Origin: Marsupella aquatica
Taxonomy: Eukaryota > Plantae > Marchantiophyta
Assembly: GCA_973895155.1 (NCBI GenBank)
Contig: OZ316892.1
Location: forward strand, 25,939,233 to 26,003,232
Length of the DNA stretch: 64,000 nt
Reading direction: 5' to 3'
In this document: one piece after another, positions 13,285 through 26,449 of the stretch
Position numbering within the stretch: position 1 is the first letter of the stretch
Layout: every line of letters starts with the position of its first letter
Position numbers and translations under genes: made by a program
The notes under the pieces: generated by a model
The model's input: only the letters and a program-made list of their open reading frames with translations
The model's database searches: none
What the model was told of the DNA's origin: nothing

Positions 13285-16200
13285 TTTCATGTCCCCCAGA
13301 TTAGTCAAAATTACTAACATGCCCCCAAGAGTAAATTACTTATCAAGTCCCCCCACGCTTAACCAGACTAGACTAACCTGAGGTGGTACATAATTGATCA
13401 GGGGACACATGGATGCTCAAGGGTCTCACCTCCACAAAAATGATATATCACATGTGACAAAACATAGAGTTTAAATAATGGGGTCCCACCAACTCTATCT
13501 TCAGTTTGGACCAGATTCCTCCATTTGACACTCACCCAACTCTTATGTTGAGTACTGTCTATGAGCAAAAAAAAATCACATTTTGGTCCTCCTCATCTCC
13601 GCCACTATAACAGTCAGAGGGGTTAGCCTGGGATCTGCATCATCACCTGGCACATCCTGGTTGAGTCTAGGTGACCCAGCCCCTGTCCTATAAAGTAAGG
13701 TCCTTTGATTGTTGATACTACCGTCACAAGTTTTAGGTCAACCTGGAGAATGGAGGGCAGCAACATTATTGACAAGCTCCATAGCAGCATAGAATGTAAG
13801 CTGCAATGTTGTCTGAAGGATTTTGAGCTTGCCCAGCAGGTTGTGCCATTTTCCACACCTGCGTTGAGCTAGGACTTTAGGAGATGAGATCAACAATGAT
13901 AAGGGCTCAAGTAGTGATATGGAGAGTTTGGATGCAAAAACCTGCAATGATATTACTGACAATCCATGTTGTCTGAAGTTGCAATTCATGAATCACTTTC
14001 TTTGGAAACTCAGAAATATGGACTACAGCTTTGTCATAGATGAGAAGAAGCTCAAAAGCATGTTGACTGCTCCTCTACAACTTCATTAATTAGGGCTGCT
14101 CCATCCGCTAGAAGGGCAAGCATTGAGAAAATTCTTTGGATGCGCTTGAGCTAAATCACGTAGACTGCCTTATGTCACGTTTTGTTTTCCAGCAAGAGAC
14201 TTAGACCCAATGCTCTTTACTGCCATCAAAAGTGCAATAATTTTGAATGGAGCTCTCTTGTGTCCATTGTGTATTTGCGTTGCAATCAATCCTTTGGCCA
14301 TCTGTTCCTGTGATCTTAGAGATTGACTTAATTTGTAGCTCCCATTCACAATGGCAGCCCGAATGGCAGCCGTGGATCAAGATCAAGTGCGAATCCTGCA
14401 CTCAGCAAAGTTGGACTTGCAAAGTTCAGCAAGAAGTTTTTTGTGGGAATTCATTACACAATTTTTCTGTCTTATGCAAAAAATTTCATATGGGATTTGC
14501 AAACTGTGGTTAGGTTAACTTTAACTTGATCAGGATGTTTGCAACTGACTGTTGATTTGGGGTGAGAGTTTGTATTTATTTCAAGTGGACCAAACACATT
14601 ATGCGGGTGGTAAATGTGTGTGCAAGCTGGAAAAGCCAAAAGGAAGCCTCCAAATTAGGGGTCAGATTATCTAGGGCACCAGTGAGATGGTCTTACTATG
14701 GCCATAAGTTTTTTTGCTAATGGAAACAATGTTTTTCTAGCCAACCCTCATCCCCAAATGTGGACCCACTATTATTGTGCTGGGAATTATAATTGGCCCT
14801 GGATTTTCTGTGTGACCAGGGCTGTAACCCTGTGCCCATATTAAATTGGCCATGTTCCTTTATAAGGCATGTCAGCAGTGTATTGTTGTCATCATCTGAC
14901 CCTCAGGTCCAGTTGCATTAGTTGGCAGGGTAAAGTGGGGCTGGCCCCCTGTCACTACAATTGTGCAAGTGATAATGTTTGTAAATGAACATTTTCAGAA
15001 TGCACCAAAAACAATTCAAGCTGCTAGAACATCTTTATATAAGTATTGATCTAAGCAAAGAAAAAGGAGGGAGGGTTTAAGCAAATTACAGCTAGTACTC
15101 TTGTTTTCTAGGGTTACACACATAGGACGTTGAAAATATCATGACATAATTGTGTATACTATAATCAATATAGATTGCTACTCTCTTGGTGTCCATTTGG
15201 GGCTGGACATTGTTGGCTACTGTCCACTTTTGCCACCAGGATCGTCACTAACTATTGACTTTTCTTTGTCGCCATTCCCCAGACCCGTGCACCACTTCTG
15301 GAGTTAAACAATTCACCACCAACTCCCTTTAATAGTAGGTTTAGCCATTCTTTGCTAGGGAGTAAGATTCTTAGTCTAGACTTCCATCTATTGTAGGTTT
15401 GTTTAGGTCCTGCCCAGACTCTTTTCTCCTACTTGTGTTGTTGAAACATGTCCACGTTAGGTCTATATTGCATTCATATGTCATGACAGAAGACTTGAAA
15501 AGGGCTTTGGAAGACATTGACTAAGCATTGGACTATTGGAGCCTGTATTCTATAGTCAAGTAAATAGACTCATAGACACTTGTACAGGTCCCATAAGAGG
15601 AACCCCTTTGGCAGGGCGCTAACTCATTCCTTCTTTCTTGCCAAGTTTTCAAGAGGAGCTTTGCAATCTAGCAATGTCCAGTCCTAGGCTGTACATCACA
15701 AAATGCAAGGTACTTTTTGTTCAGAGTCCCTGGGCCAATTCATGGACACAATAGAAACCTAATTATGCCCATGTCAAGGGCCCAACCAGAACCGAATGCC
15801 TTACTCCCCCTCTAAAAGGTGGTAACTATGTGAAAGTCTGTAAAAGGGAGCTATGACAGTCTAAAGTTGCCCTCTAAACATAAACAATTATAGGCTCCAA
15901 GTCATTTAAATGTTTATAACTGAAAGCAAATACACAAACTTAAAGGATACAAAGAGAGAGAAGTTATGTAAGGTACCATTCGACCGATCCTTTTTATTCG
16001 TACTAGAGGCGCATGGTACAAAAATTGAATGCGCACAGAAGAGATTTTCTTTTGCAATTTTAGCTAGCAAAAGAACACCAGGAAGAAAATATTTCCTTAG
16101 CATCTAAAATTGTCCAATCCAACTCCAATGGAATCACCCATGATGTAGTGTATGAACGTACAACTAAAATATTATGGAAAAGTTGTTAGTTGAACAAAAT

Positions 16201-17389
16201 TCAGTTGAAACAATGCCCCCCCAAAACTACCCACAATGTACCGTAAAATATAGTCCTGAATGGATGTAGAACCATCCTTCTATTCTATTGTGACCAAGTA
16301 GGTTTGGTCACAGGGCCTGGAAATCTTATTGGTTGGACCACAATTAAACAGAATTTCATCTAGGTTGTGAAAATCTTTACGACATTACATTTCAGACAGT
16401 GTTCAATGTCATGTACAGTAAGCTTCTTTTCGTGGGCGCCAGGTGATTTCAAAATTTGAATTAACAAATGATTAGGGTCAGGGCTCCAGGTCCCTGAGAC
16501 CCTGACCTTTAATAATTAGTAAGAAGCTAACGTGACAGTGCGGAACAGGAGGAGCAGGAAATGGAAAGTACTGTACCGGTACAGTACTATGCCTCCAGGC
16601 TCAGAGGAGGGGGCGGGGAAAATTTTGGAAAACAATAAAGTTGTCATAAATAATAAAAAAATTGAAACATAAAATTATAAGTACTGTAGATTTGAAAACA
16701 CATCGTGTACTATTCTGGCACTCTTTTATCTTTTTATAGTGGTCCTCTCTCGACTAGTTTTGTACTTTTCTCATTGTATTTTGTCGATTCTTTTTAGGTA
16801 ATATGAACTTAAAATCGAGATAGACATAACCGTTTGAGAAAAAGCCCCGATGGACAAACTTAACCTGGATGCACACAGATTGCTTTCCCTTATTTTTACA
16901 CTAAATCATAAAATTAAAGAACGAAGAAGCGAGAGAGTCCCAATGGCAAAGCAAACCAACAAAGGGAGAGAAAAGGAAAAGGAAAATACCCAAGAAAACC
17001 AAAGAAACCCAACAACAAGCTGACAAGCCCCGAAAATAGTGAATGTCCAAGTATTATGAAATATAATGGACACACTCTGTCTAAAGAAAGTTTGAATATT
17101 GAAAAAAAGATGATAAAGAAAAATACTTTTCATATTGGATATTTGGTCTTTCTATTTATTTGTTTTGTATTTGTATCGTCTTTTTCTTCTTGTATCTTGG
17201 TGATCTTTTGTGGATGAATTTGTTCCCTCTTTCACTTTGGCACTAAACAATAAAGTAAAGATGAAAAGCAGAAATTGGAGAGGGACTGAGTTTTTGTACT
17301 CTAAAGCTTGTTTTATTAGGCTTGCTCCCATAGAGTACCTCCCTGTCACATTTGCATTCTGACTGTACATGTGTATCATTATCTCTTCA

Positions 17390-17840
17390 CATCATCATCG
17401 TAGTGTAGTGTTATATTTTATTTTTTCTAGGTTTTTGGGTTTGCATTTGCGTTCTTTGGAGGATATATTCTCTAGACATCTTTTGCTTTTACTCCATTAT
17501 AATAGTTTGTTCCTTTCTGAGTCAACTGGTTCCCTCTTTTATTTTGGTAAATCACTGTAGATGTGTACCATAGCTCCTCACATCATCATCGTAGTGTACT
17601 AGTGGTAGATTTAGTCTTTCCTAGGTTTTTAGGTTTGCATTTGCTTTTATAGTATCTTGATCTCTTTTGCTTTTACTCCATTGTACTGGTCGGGTACTTT
17701 TTGAGTCAACTTGTTCCCTCTTTCATTTTGGCACTAAATCATTAAATAATAGTGTAGTGGTAGATTAATTTTTTCTAGGTTTTTGGGTTGCATTTGCGTT
17801 TATAGTCTCTTTACCTCTTTTGCTTTTCCTCCATTATACT
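17390..17840. repeat. ~150-bp satellite array, left part
   Basis: Unit TAGTGTAGTGGTAGATT...GGGTTTGCATTTG...GTCAACTTGTTCCCTCTTTCATTTTGGCAC starts near 17401, 17592 and 17750. Confidence 0.85.
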
Positions 17841-19829
17841 ACTGCTACATTCTTCCGAGCTACATTGGACCTCCACCCTGATTGGGTTGTCCTCCAGGTT
17901 GATGTCTCTAACGCTTTTAATACGGTTTCTCGGGCAGCCATTTTTCGTGCTTTGAGGGCGGCGGATCCAGACATCCAATCCCTGATCCCCTTTGTCCGTT
18001 GTTTTTATGGACTCGAGGCCCCACTCTTCTATAGTCATCACTCCTCTACAGGTGTGTATACCACTCTTTCCTCTGCAGCAGGTACACGTCAGGGTGACCC
18101 TTTGGGTGGGCCTCTTTTTGCCATTGCCCATTTTACAGCTTTACGGGAAGCTGCCATGGCCCACCCCCAGTGTATCTTCCCCTCCCTTTCAGATGACACC
18201 CACATCATTGGTCCTCCTGCCGCGGTTACTTCTGCCCTCGCCACTCTTTCCACCCATTTGATGGGCCTCGGTTTACGAGTTCAGCCTGTGAAGAGTCGTG
18301 CATGGAGTCCAGCTGGGTTACCCTCTGATCTTGTGCTTCCCCCAGGGTTCTTACGTCCAGCCGATGGTCTTCGGGTCCTTGGCTCCCCAGTCGGTACCGC
18401 CTCCTTTTGCTCATCTTTCATCGCTGACTCTATACAGGCTGCCTTAGCCCATACTCCTATGCTCCCTAAGTTAGTAGATTCTCAGGCAGCATTTGGGATG
18501 TTGTTGAGGTGCATCCACCCTCGTGCGTCTTATCTGGCTAGGACGCATCCCCCTACCGAGGATCTTTGTCTCCACCTTCGAGCATTTGATGTCTCCATTC
18601 GTCAGACCCTGGCCTCTCTTTTAGGTCCGGGTACGTTGCTCTCATCTCCGTGGCTTCATCGACAACTCAGTCTTCCTATTTCGCAGGGTGGTTTTGGGCT
18701 TACTTCCATTGAGAGCCTTGCACCTTTGGCCTTTTTGGATGCATGGGCGGCCGCCTTCTCGTTGTTGGCCGATCGTTTTCTTATTGAGGATCACCCTTTT
18801 TTACTTTCATCTCTCATGGAGGTAGAGGAGGGTTCCCTCCCGTTTCAGGTTCATTTGCGCGCAGCGCGGTCCTCATTACCAGATCCCGTTCGCGCCGCGT
18901 TACCTTCTTTCCAGGAGTTTTTATCCTTGGATGCCGTTCGTCTTCAGGCAGACCTCGCTGGGCGTATGCACACTTTCACCCTTTCCAGCATCCTCTCCGA
19001 GGCACCTGACACGGACCGAGCTCGGATTCTTTCTTCCGGAGGGAAGGGCGCAGGTGGATGGCTTCAGGCCAATCCAGTCATTCCTCATTTGCGGATGTCT
19101 TCAACGGAGTTCTCCACAGCCATGCGTCTTTGTCTGGGGCTGCCCCACCCACTTCTTGCAGGTTTACCTCCTTCTTGCACTTGTGGGAAGCCTTGTGATG
19201 CCATAGGTGTCCATCTTCTTCGGTGCAGTTTGGGAGGTGAAACCATTATTGTTCACGATGCTGTGCGAGATGCGACTGCTCAGGTTCTCTCTGGCTCTTT
19301 GGTATGCGTGCGGCGGGAGGTGGTACTCGAGTTACCTGGTCCTCCATCACAGCGGTTACGGGTGGATCTTACCATGGTCCGTGAGGGTCAACGTACTTTG
19401 GCAGATGTTGTGGTGGCAAACCCATTGCGCCAAGACATCATTGGGACAGCGGCAACTACGGCAGGGGCAGCAGCGTCACGTGCGGCAACAACGAAGGAGG
19501 CCAAATATGCTGCACGAGCTTCATCCGACAGCTTCCTCCCCCTTGCTGTGGAGCTATTTGGGCGTCTTCATCCTCAGTTTGATGGGCTTCTTCGGCAAGC
19601 TGCCCGGGATGTTCATGGCCGAATGGGTCCCACCGGACCCCCGCTTTCTATTTTGACCACGCACTTTCGCCAACGCATTTCAGTCACCTTACAACGTGCT
19701 CAAGCTCGGGCCATCTATCGTCGATCTCTTACAGTGGGTGCTAGTGTGCCTCCGCAGCGGCTAGCTCCCCTTGAGGATGTTCCAATCCCACTTGCCGATC
19801 TAGTTTTGACTCTTGATGTGGACCATTAG
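17841..19829 (+). CDS. Partial RT + CCHC finger + PD-(D/E)xK endonuclease, open to its stop codon
   Basis: LQVDVSNAFN, GTRQGDPLGGPLF, LSDD, LPISQGGFGL, CTCGKPCDAIGVHLLRC, VHDAVRD (RHD-like), RVDL...ADVVV, KEAKY, PLAVELFG. Confidence 0.85.
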   Translation, partial: TATFFRATLDLHPDWVVLQVDVSNAFNTVSRAAIFRALRAADPDIQSLIPFVRCFYGLEAPLFYSHHSSTGVYTTLSSAAGTRQGDPLGGPLFAIAHFTALREAAMAHPQCIFPSLSDDTHIIGPPAAVTSALATLSTHLMGLGLRVQPVKSRAWSPAGLPSDLVLPPGFLRPADGLRVLGSPVGTASFCSSFIADSIQAALAHTPMLPKLVDSQAAFGMLLRCIHPRASYLARTHPPTEDLCLHLRAFDVSIRQTLASLLGPGTLLSSPWLHRQLSLPISQGGFGLTSIESLAPLAFLDAWAAAFSLLADRFLIEDHPFLLSSLMEVEEGSLPFQVHLRAARSSLPDPVRAALPSFQEFLSLDAVRLQADLAGRMHTFTLSSILSEAPDTDRARILSSGGKGAGGWLQANPVIPHLRMSSTEFSTAMRLCLGLPHPLLAGLPPSCTCGKPCDAIGVHLLRCSLGGETIIVHDAVRDATAQVLSGSLVCVRREVVLELPGPPSQRLRVDLTMVREGQRTLADVVVANPLRQDIIGTAATTAGAAASRAATTKEAKYAARASSDSFLPLAVELFGRLHPQFDGLLRQAARDVHGRMGPTGPPLSILTTHFRQRISVTLQRAQARAIYRRSLTVGASVPPQRLAPLEDVPIPLADLVLTLDVDH

Positions 19830-20078
19830 CTTTTTGTCACAATCGGTAGGAATGATGAGGACCTCGGTCCGCTTGGGTTAGTTTTAGTCTCTCTCTCTTT
19901 CTTGGTTTTTAGGGGTTCCCTATTGTTCATTTCTTACTTTTAGTTCCTCTTTCTTGGTGTTTAGTGGTTCCCTTTTGCTCACTTCTTTTTCGATTGGTTT
20001 TGTCCACTTGGGCCCTCTTTTGTTTGTTCATTTGTACTCTGTTTGGTCCCTTTGTATATAAAAAGTGTGTATATTTCT
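17841..20078 (+). mobile_element. 5'-truncated CRE-like non-LTR retrotransposon (RT plus restriction-like endonuclease)
   Basis: RT-RLE ORF followed by a T-rich 3' UTR; flanked by ATTATACT at 17833-17840 and 20079-20086 (candidate TSD). Confidence 0.85.
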
Positions 20079-20810
20079 ATTATACTCGTTTCGTACATTT
20101 TAAGTCAACTTGTTCCCTCTTTCATTTGGGCACAATCATAAAATGATAGTGTAGTGGTAGATTAAATTTTTCTAGATTTTGGGTTTGCATTTGAGTTTAT
20201 AGTCTCTATACCTCTTTTGCTTTCCTCCATTATACTTGTTTGGTCCTTTTTAAGTCAACTTGTTCCCTCTTTCATTTGGGCACAATCATAAAATGATAGT
20301 GTAGTGGTAGGTTAATTTTTTTCTAGGTTTTGGGTTTGCATTTGCCTTTATAGTCTCTATCCCTCTTTTGCTTTTCCTCCATTATACTTGTTTGGTCCTT
20401 TCTGAGTCAACTTCTTCCCTCATTCATTTTGGCACTAAATCATAAAATAATAGTGTCGTGGTAGATTAATTTTTTCTAGGTTTCTGGGTTTGCATTTGCG
20501 TTTATAGTCTCTGTACCACTTTTGCTTTTCGTCCAGGACCTCCATTGTACTTGTTTGGTCCTTTTTGGTTCAACTTTTTCCCTCTTTCATTTTGGTACTA
20601 AATCATAAAAAACAAAGAAGCAAAGAAGGAAAGAAGAAGTTCCCTCTTCTCCATTTTGGTACTAAATCATAAAAAATAAAGAAGGAAAGAAGAACTTCCC
20701 TCTTCCATTATTATACCTTAACCTAAATCATAAAAAATAAAGAAGGAAAGAGGAAGTCCCCTCCTTCATTTGGGTACCTTAAATCATAAAATAAAGGAGC
20801 AAGGAATAAG
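20079..20810. repeat. ~150-bp satellite array, right part, decaying into ~55-bp subrepeats
   Basis: Unit starts at 20147, 20297 and 20451, followed by TAAATCATAAAAAATAAAGAAGGAAAG subrepeats. Confidence 0.85.
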
Positions 20811-23800
20811 TTGGAGAGCAACGAGGGAGGGGAAGGCGTCGTGCGACCAGTCCACTAGTACTCTCTCCGAGGAAAGGAGAGAGGGGAAAAGAGAGGGGGC
20901 CCCACAGGAGTAGTAGTAAGATTCCCTACTCTCCCATTCTCTCTCGTTCTGTGTGTAGTCTGTCGAGGAGCAATGCAGAGCACAGCATGGCGATGGGACC
21001 AGGCAAATCGGACAGGAGCGGGGATTCTTGCGAGAGGAGGAAATTATTCCTCGTCACGACGACTGCCTCCGTCTCCTCCGTCTCCTCCTGCTGATGCTGC
21101 TGAATTGCTTCCTCGTCCCGCTATGGCTTTTTGCTGTTTGTTTGTTTGTTGGCAATTTTGCTTTGTCTCGTGCAGGATGGAGCTTGTACGAAAATCCGTG
21201 CCCTGCTATTAATAATGGAAGATGATGAGCCTTGATGGAAGCAGCAGAAGCCCTTCCCTCCTCCTCCTCTCCTGCACAGTCCGGACTCCGGAGCTCCTCT
21301 CGTCCACAGTTCCACAGTTCCACAGTTCCACGGTCTACTCCGTGCGTGCCTAGGATGGAGCGAAGCGTGCATGTCTGCAGAGATGAGAGCGAGTGATGAG
21401 AGCGGAGTGGGCGTCGTCTACGCGACTCGGCATTCCCACCAGACCACCATAGCTTTTTTTCCCCTCCTGCCACTGGCATCGTTATAGCCGAGGACGGCAT
21501 CCGAGGCCAGCACGGCCGGGCGCAGAAGGAATTGGACATTGGTTGCTTCAGGCCTTCAGGCTTCAGCCTTCATGGCATGAAGTGCATGCTCTCTCTTGTT
21601 GGGAGCGCTCTATTGGAGCGTCCGTGCCACTGGAGAGCGACGAGGAGTAGGTACACTAATGAAGAAGTTCACTAACTTCTCTAACTCCAGCCGCTCTTCG
21701 GTCAGTAGTAGGTCCGACTGTCCGCCTCTGTCGCTCGCGAGTCCCGACGACGAGCTACAATATTATTAGTTGGTCTCCCGGAGCCCTACGGCACGTAGCT
21801 CACTGTGCAGGTAGCTTTCTGAGATCCATCTTTCGTGGACAGCAAAAGCTGTTCACGGACAAACTCGGGGCTCGGGGTCTGCTTTGACAGCAGATGTGTT
21901 GCAACCTTTGTTTGCATCCTTCCCGCGGTTTCGACGAGGATCGGCCGCAGCAGCAAGTCAGGGATCATCGAAGGAGCTGTGTGTGCTGGAGGGTGTGGCG
22001 ATTCTCTCAGGGCAAGGGCAGGACTCGTGTCGTAGCAGGAAGGAAGGAAGTAGCACCATTGAGACGAGTCGCCTCCGCCGTCATGACCCCCTGAACTGGA
22101 CGCTTCGTGTCTCCATAGCAGTCAACTTATCTGAGAGGCAGCAGGGAAGGAAGAAGACCGTCCAAGGACGGAGAGGTGCGAGCAAATGTGAATAGCTGGG
22201 AGAATGCGCCAAGGGAGGAGTCGACAGATGCTTCTATGAGAGTTCCGAAGTTGAGACCTTAGACAAACTGTGAGTGGAACGAAAAGTTGAAGGAGTTGTG
22301 CGTCCGGTAAAGGCGGGTCCCTCCGGAGGCGATTCGAAGGCTCCTGACTTGGAGTGTGGTCCTGGTGTTTCGTCCTGGGGCAGGCTTGTGTCAAATAAGC
22401 GGTCCGGAGCTGGAGGTTGACATCGCTTCACACTTGGTCGGCAGTTTAGTGTGGAGATCATCGTTTGTCAGTGAACAGGGGCACCGTCAGGGTTCTTGCG
22501 TGTCTTTCTGGGGGTGTCATTTTCTAGTGGTCAACGTTCTGAAGCTCAATCTGGGACACTTCTACACTTTCCATTGAAAGATTAACTTCACATATCCTAA
22601 CACGGCGACAGTCGCGTCTATCGGCAATCTGTACGCGAGGAAATTCAAACGATAGTGCCCTTTATCGTAGCGAGGTTGCGCAAGATATGGTTGGAATCCG
22701 TTTAACAACGTCATCAGGGTCCTAGATTCGTCAATGCGTTCCGATTTACATTGAGCTGCAACGGGCTCAAGTTGGAGGTTCGTCCAAGGTGAGGCTCTTG
22801 GATTTGTCTTCCATCCCAGACTCTACAGTTGTCGGAGTACCGGTATGAATACGCATAGACACCTTGGGTTGCGTAATCTGCAGGGAGCAGCCATTCTCCC
22901 CGCAGAATAGTCGCTTCATTCGGGAGATGGCTCGTGTGCTACGCCTCCATATCCGAAGTAGCCCTCATGAATGATTTACTTCATCCTAGTGGTTGACTAT
23001 GTAGCCTCGTAGTTTGCCTTAGGTTTCTTCGTCTGTGCTTGGTTTGCCTTCACCTTGAGTTATCCGGGCGAAGTCGGATAGGTTGAGTAGTTAAGTTCTT
23101 CACGGAGCTCTCCCCTCTCCGTACGGACTCCCAGTACGGGTGATCTGTGGCATCAGGTCACGAGCATCCCGATTGAGTTCTTCGTTCCGCGAAGACGAAC
23201 TTTGAACCTGAACACTTCTTACAGTCGTGGACGGCTCCATCCGGAGAGGGGACTTTAAGTCAATCTTTCTTTGAAGTTTCAGGTATGCTAATTTTTGGTT
23301 GGGTCGAGCTTACTTGTGGGACTCTTACTTTTGTACCTTTTTGTGGATTGCCCTGTCGCATTCTTGTGGCCCGGTGATCTGCTTGAAGCGAATTGTTGGA
23401 GGGACCTGTCCGTCAATGAATTGATAGGAATCGTGTCAAGATTTAGTTCAATTTCTTGTGGTGGTAGAAACCAGTACATGATTGATAGATGTTACAGCGC
23501 GTCAATTATGAGATCTTTCGTGTCTTGGTCGTGATCATGCTTTCTCTTTTCGCGGACTTGGATTTTCTCTCGTCGGCACAGTAGACCGTTGTGTTCTTGC
23601 CTTCTTATTCTTTCGACGCTTTGGATTCACCTCCCGAAGACGTCTGATTCTCAGTTCTCCTCGACTTATTGGCGTTTTCATCCCGCACACCCGTCATCAG
23701 ACAGTCTTGTAGTTACGGATCGCGCCGGGCAAAGTTTGTAGGAGCCTGAAGTTTAAGAAGCCTGAAGTAGTTTTTAGAGATTCTGCTTTGTGGGAAGCTT

Positions 23801-24361
23801 CCCCGAGTGGTTGTCTGTACATATTTCTTTCAGGACTTCCTCGATCAATATTTTGTTGTATCTCCTGCGTGTCATCTGGAACTCGAGGATATCTCTCACG
23901 CAAGGTTGTGTATGCAGATGAGTGGAAACAGTGGTTGATGGATGTAGGCTAGCTCAAATTAGATCCCAGTGATCATTTGTACAGAGAGCTGTGGAGGGCG
24001 AAATTCCCAAGCTGCCACAAGCCGTCAAGAACGCATTGTACAGTTACGAAGGAGATACCGACGACATAGTTCTACAGATGACCTAAACCTTGAGGAGAAG
24101 ATCTTGTCTTGGCCATACATGAGAGCAGAAGTGCACGGGGAGGGTCGCGTATACTTTGTGCGGAAACAAAGGCTTTTTGTGTGATTACGGGAAAGTTACA
24201 TCTTGTACCGCTGAGCTGGATGCGGAGTCATCCATCTACGCATCGAGTGAGCTCTGAGGGTGACAAAGGGTTCACAACCGTAGGCAACTGTCACGAATAT
24301 TCAGGATTTTAGGTTAGAGTTTGTGCCAAGCTGATCTTTCTCAGCTAACATCGCGGTAGTC

Positions 24362-26449
24362 ATGGCGCCTTCGAGTGCGACCTGTACAGAAGTTTTGGAA
24401 TCGCCTTCAAGAAAAGGCGAAGCGCCGTCGAATGCTGCTGATGTGGAAGCTATATTCATGCCAAAAATATCTCTGGGTGGTTCAGGGAAGGTCGGTGCAA
24501 CTCCTACCAGCAGCGTTCACGAACTGCTCGAATGTCCTGTCTGCACCAACTCCATGTATCCACCAATTCATCAGGTTGGCCATACGTGTTCCTCTTCAGA
24601 CTCGTTGTCCATGGGTACCCCTGCATTGTCTGGTCTCCAGTAAGTCATTTTGCTTCGTATTATGAACCTTCAACATTCTCTAGTTAGGGCGAACTTTCTA
24701 GCCCAGTTTGGCCTGGTTTACTTTGCGACGGAGCTGTCTTCATGTACTGGAGTACCCGTGAAGGCGTCTGTTCCCCGCAGTTGATCGTTGCTGTTTCGAT
24801 GTCCTTGTGCAAGGCCTATTGGTGATGTTAAGCGTCTTCACTCTTATCAGTAACGTGTCCCTTCAACCTGCACAATGTAACGTGTATATTTATTTGTCAT
24901 GTTGATAGCACATCAAGCATCACAACAGCATCATGTCAATTTCTAATGTAGGTGCTTTCTGTTATCGTCTAAACTTTCCGTAACTCCGGCTGGAGCTACA
25001 GCTGGACGATAGAGCCGAATTGAAACTGTTCGACGAAAGAGGCATCATTGATTCGTCATTGAATTTCACTGGCGTTTGTGGTTGACCCAGGAACCCTTAA
25101 AAGATGAGTCCATATGTCCACATAATCATTATTTAAGAAATGTTTGTCTCTTTAAGTTCACCCTAGAAAACTGATTTATGCTGAAAACCCACCAAAAGTC
25201 GACCTGGTCAGCCGTTGAATTGCTGTGTCTTTTATTCGCGTCCTCCGATTTTACCTGCGTTGAATACGTGTTGCGAATCAAGAAAACCGAGCACCCAACA
25301 CGTATTCAAGTGGCGTACTGCTTTTGGAAAGCGGCTGATTTTGAGGCCACTAGGAAGTCTACCAAAGTAAAGGTAGCCACATCGAATTGCCTCTAGAAAT
25401 TACTCATCAATTATTCTACCGTGAATCCTACTGTTGGCCGGATTTTCGTTTATACCAGAATGTGGATATTTGGAACCAGGAAGGTAGTACTTATTAAACC
25501 GCTGGTTGTAAATGATGCTTGCAGTGTCCAAATGGTCACACTCTATGCTCAAATTGTAAGAATCGAGTCCACAATCGATGTCCAACATGCAGATATGAGT
25601 TGGGGAACATACGGTGTCTAGCTCTGGAAAAAGTGGCAGAGTCGCTTGAACTTCCTTGCAGATACCAGAATCTGGGATGCCCAGACATCTTCCCTTACTA
25701 TAGCAAATTGAAGCATGAGGCCCAGTGTTCGTTCAGGCCATACAATTGCCCTTACGCTGGTTCAGAGTGTTCTGTGACTGGAGATATTGCTTCTCTTGTG
25801 ACTCATTTGAGAGATGAACATAAGGTTGACATGCACAATGGGTGCACATTCAATCATCGATATGTGAAGTCCAACCCCCAGGAGGTGGAGAATGCGACGT
25901 GGATGTTGACGGTACGGATTGATTCTGCTGCTATTGAAAACTGGTAGATCGTGTAGATTCGTTTACAGCAATTCGTGTTGTGAGGAGTGCTTGATGGCTA
26001 ACTTTTTGACAAATACATCTATCACTTGAATACGTGTTGGGTGCTCGGTTTCTTGCTTCCTGTGAACATCAGTGAATGCGATCTCCTACTGCTATCTGTC
26101 AGTTGCACTGACCCTGTTTATCTCACAGGTATTCAATTGCTTTGGGCAGCACTTCTGCCTCCACTTTGAGGCTTTTCAGCTTGGAATGGCACCTGTATAT
26201 ATGGCATTTTTACGGTTCATGGGCGATGATAATGAAGCCAAGAATTTTAGTTATAGCTTGGAAGTTGGTGCCAATGGTCGGAAACTGATCTGGCAAGGTG
26301 TTCCAAGGAGCATCAGGGACAGCCATAGGAAGGTTCGGGACAGTCATGATGGCCTCATCATTCAGAGAAATATGGCTCTATTTTTCTCTGGTGGTGATCG
26401 GAAGGAACTGAAGCTGAGGGTTACTGGGCGAATCTGGAAAGAGCAATGA
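24362..26449 (+). CDS. SINAT: SINA/SIAH RING E3 ubiquitin ligase; exons 24362-24574, 25525-25911, 26129-26449 (~306 aa)
   Basis: ELLECPVCTNSMYPPIHQ|CPNGHTLCSNC RING domain, TRAF-type Zn fingers, NATWMLT|VFNCFG and LRVTGRIWKEQ*. Two phase-0 GT-AG introns join in frame. Confidence 0.95.

Noticed and set aside
10660-16300. Possible decayed TE coding remnants
   Set aside because: Only short ORFs with no diagnostic motifs; cannot be supported without a search.
17820-17840. Start of the 669-aa ORF
   Set aside because: Non-ATG start inside the satellite; the element is 5'-truncated within RT.
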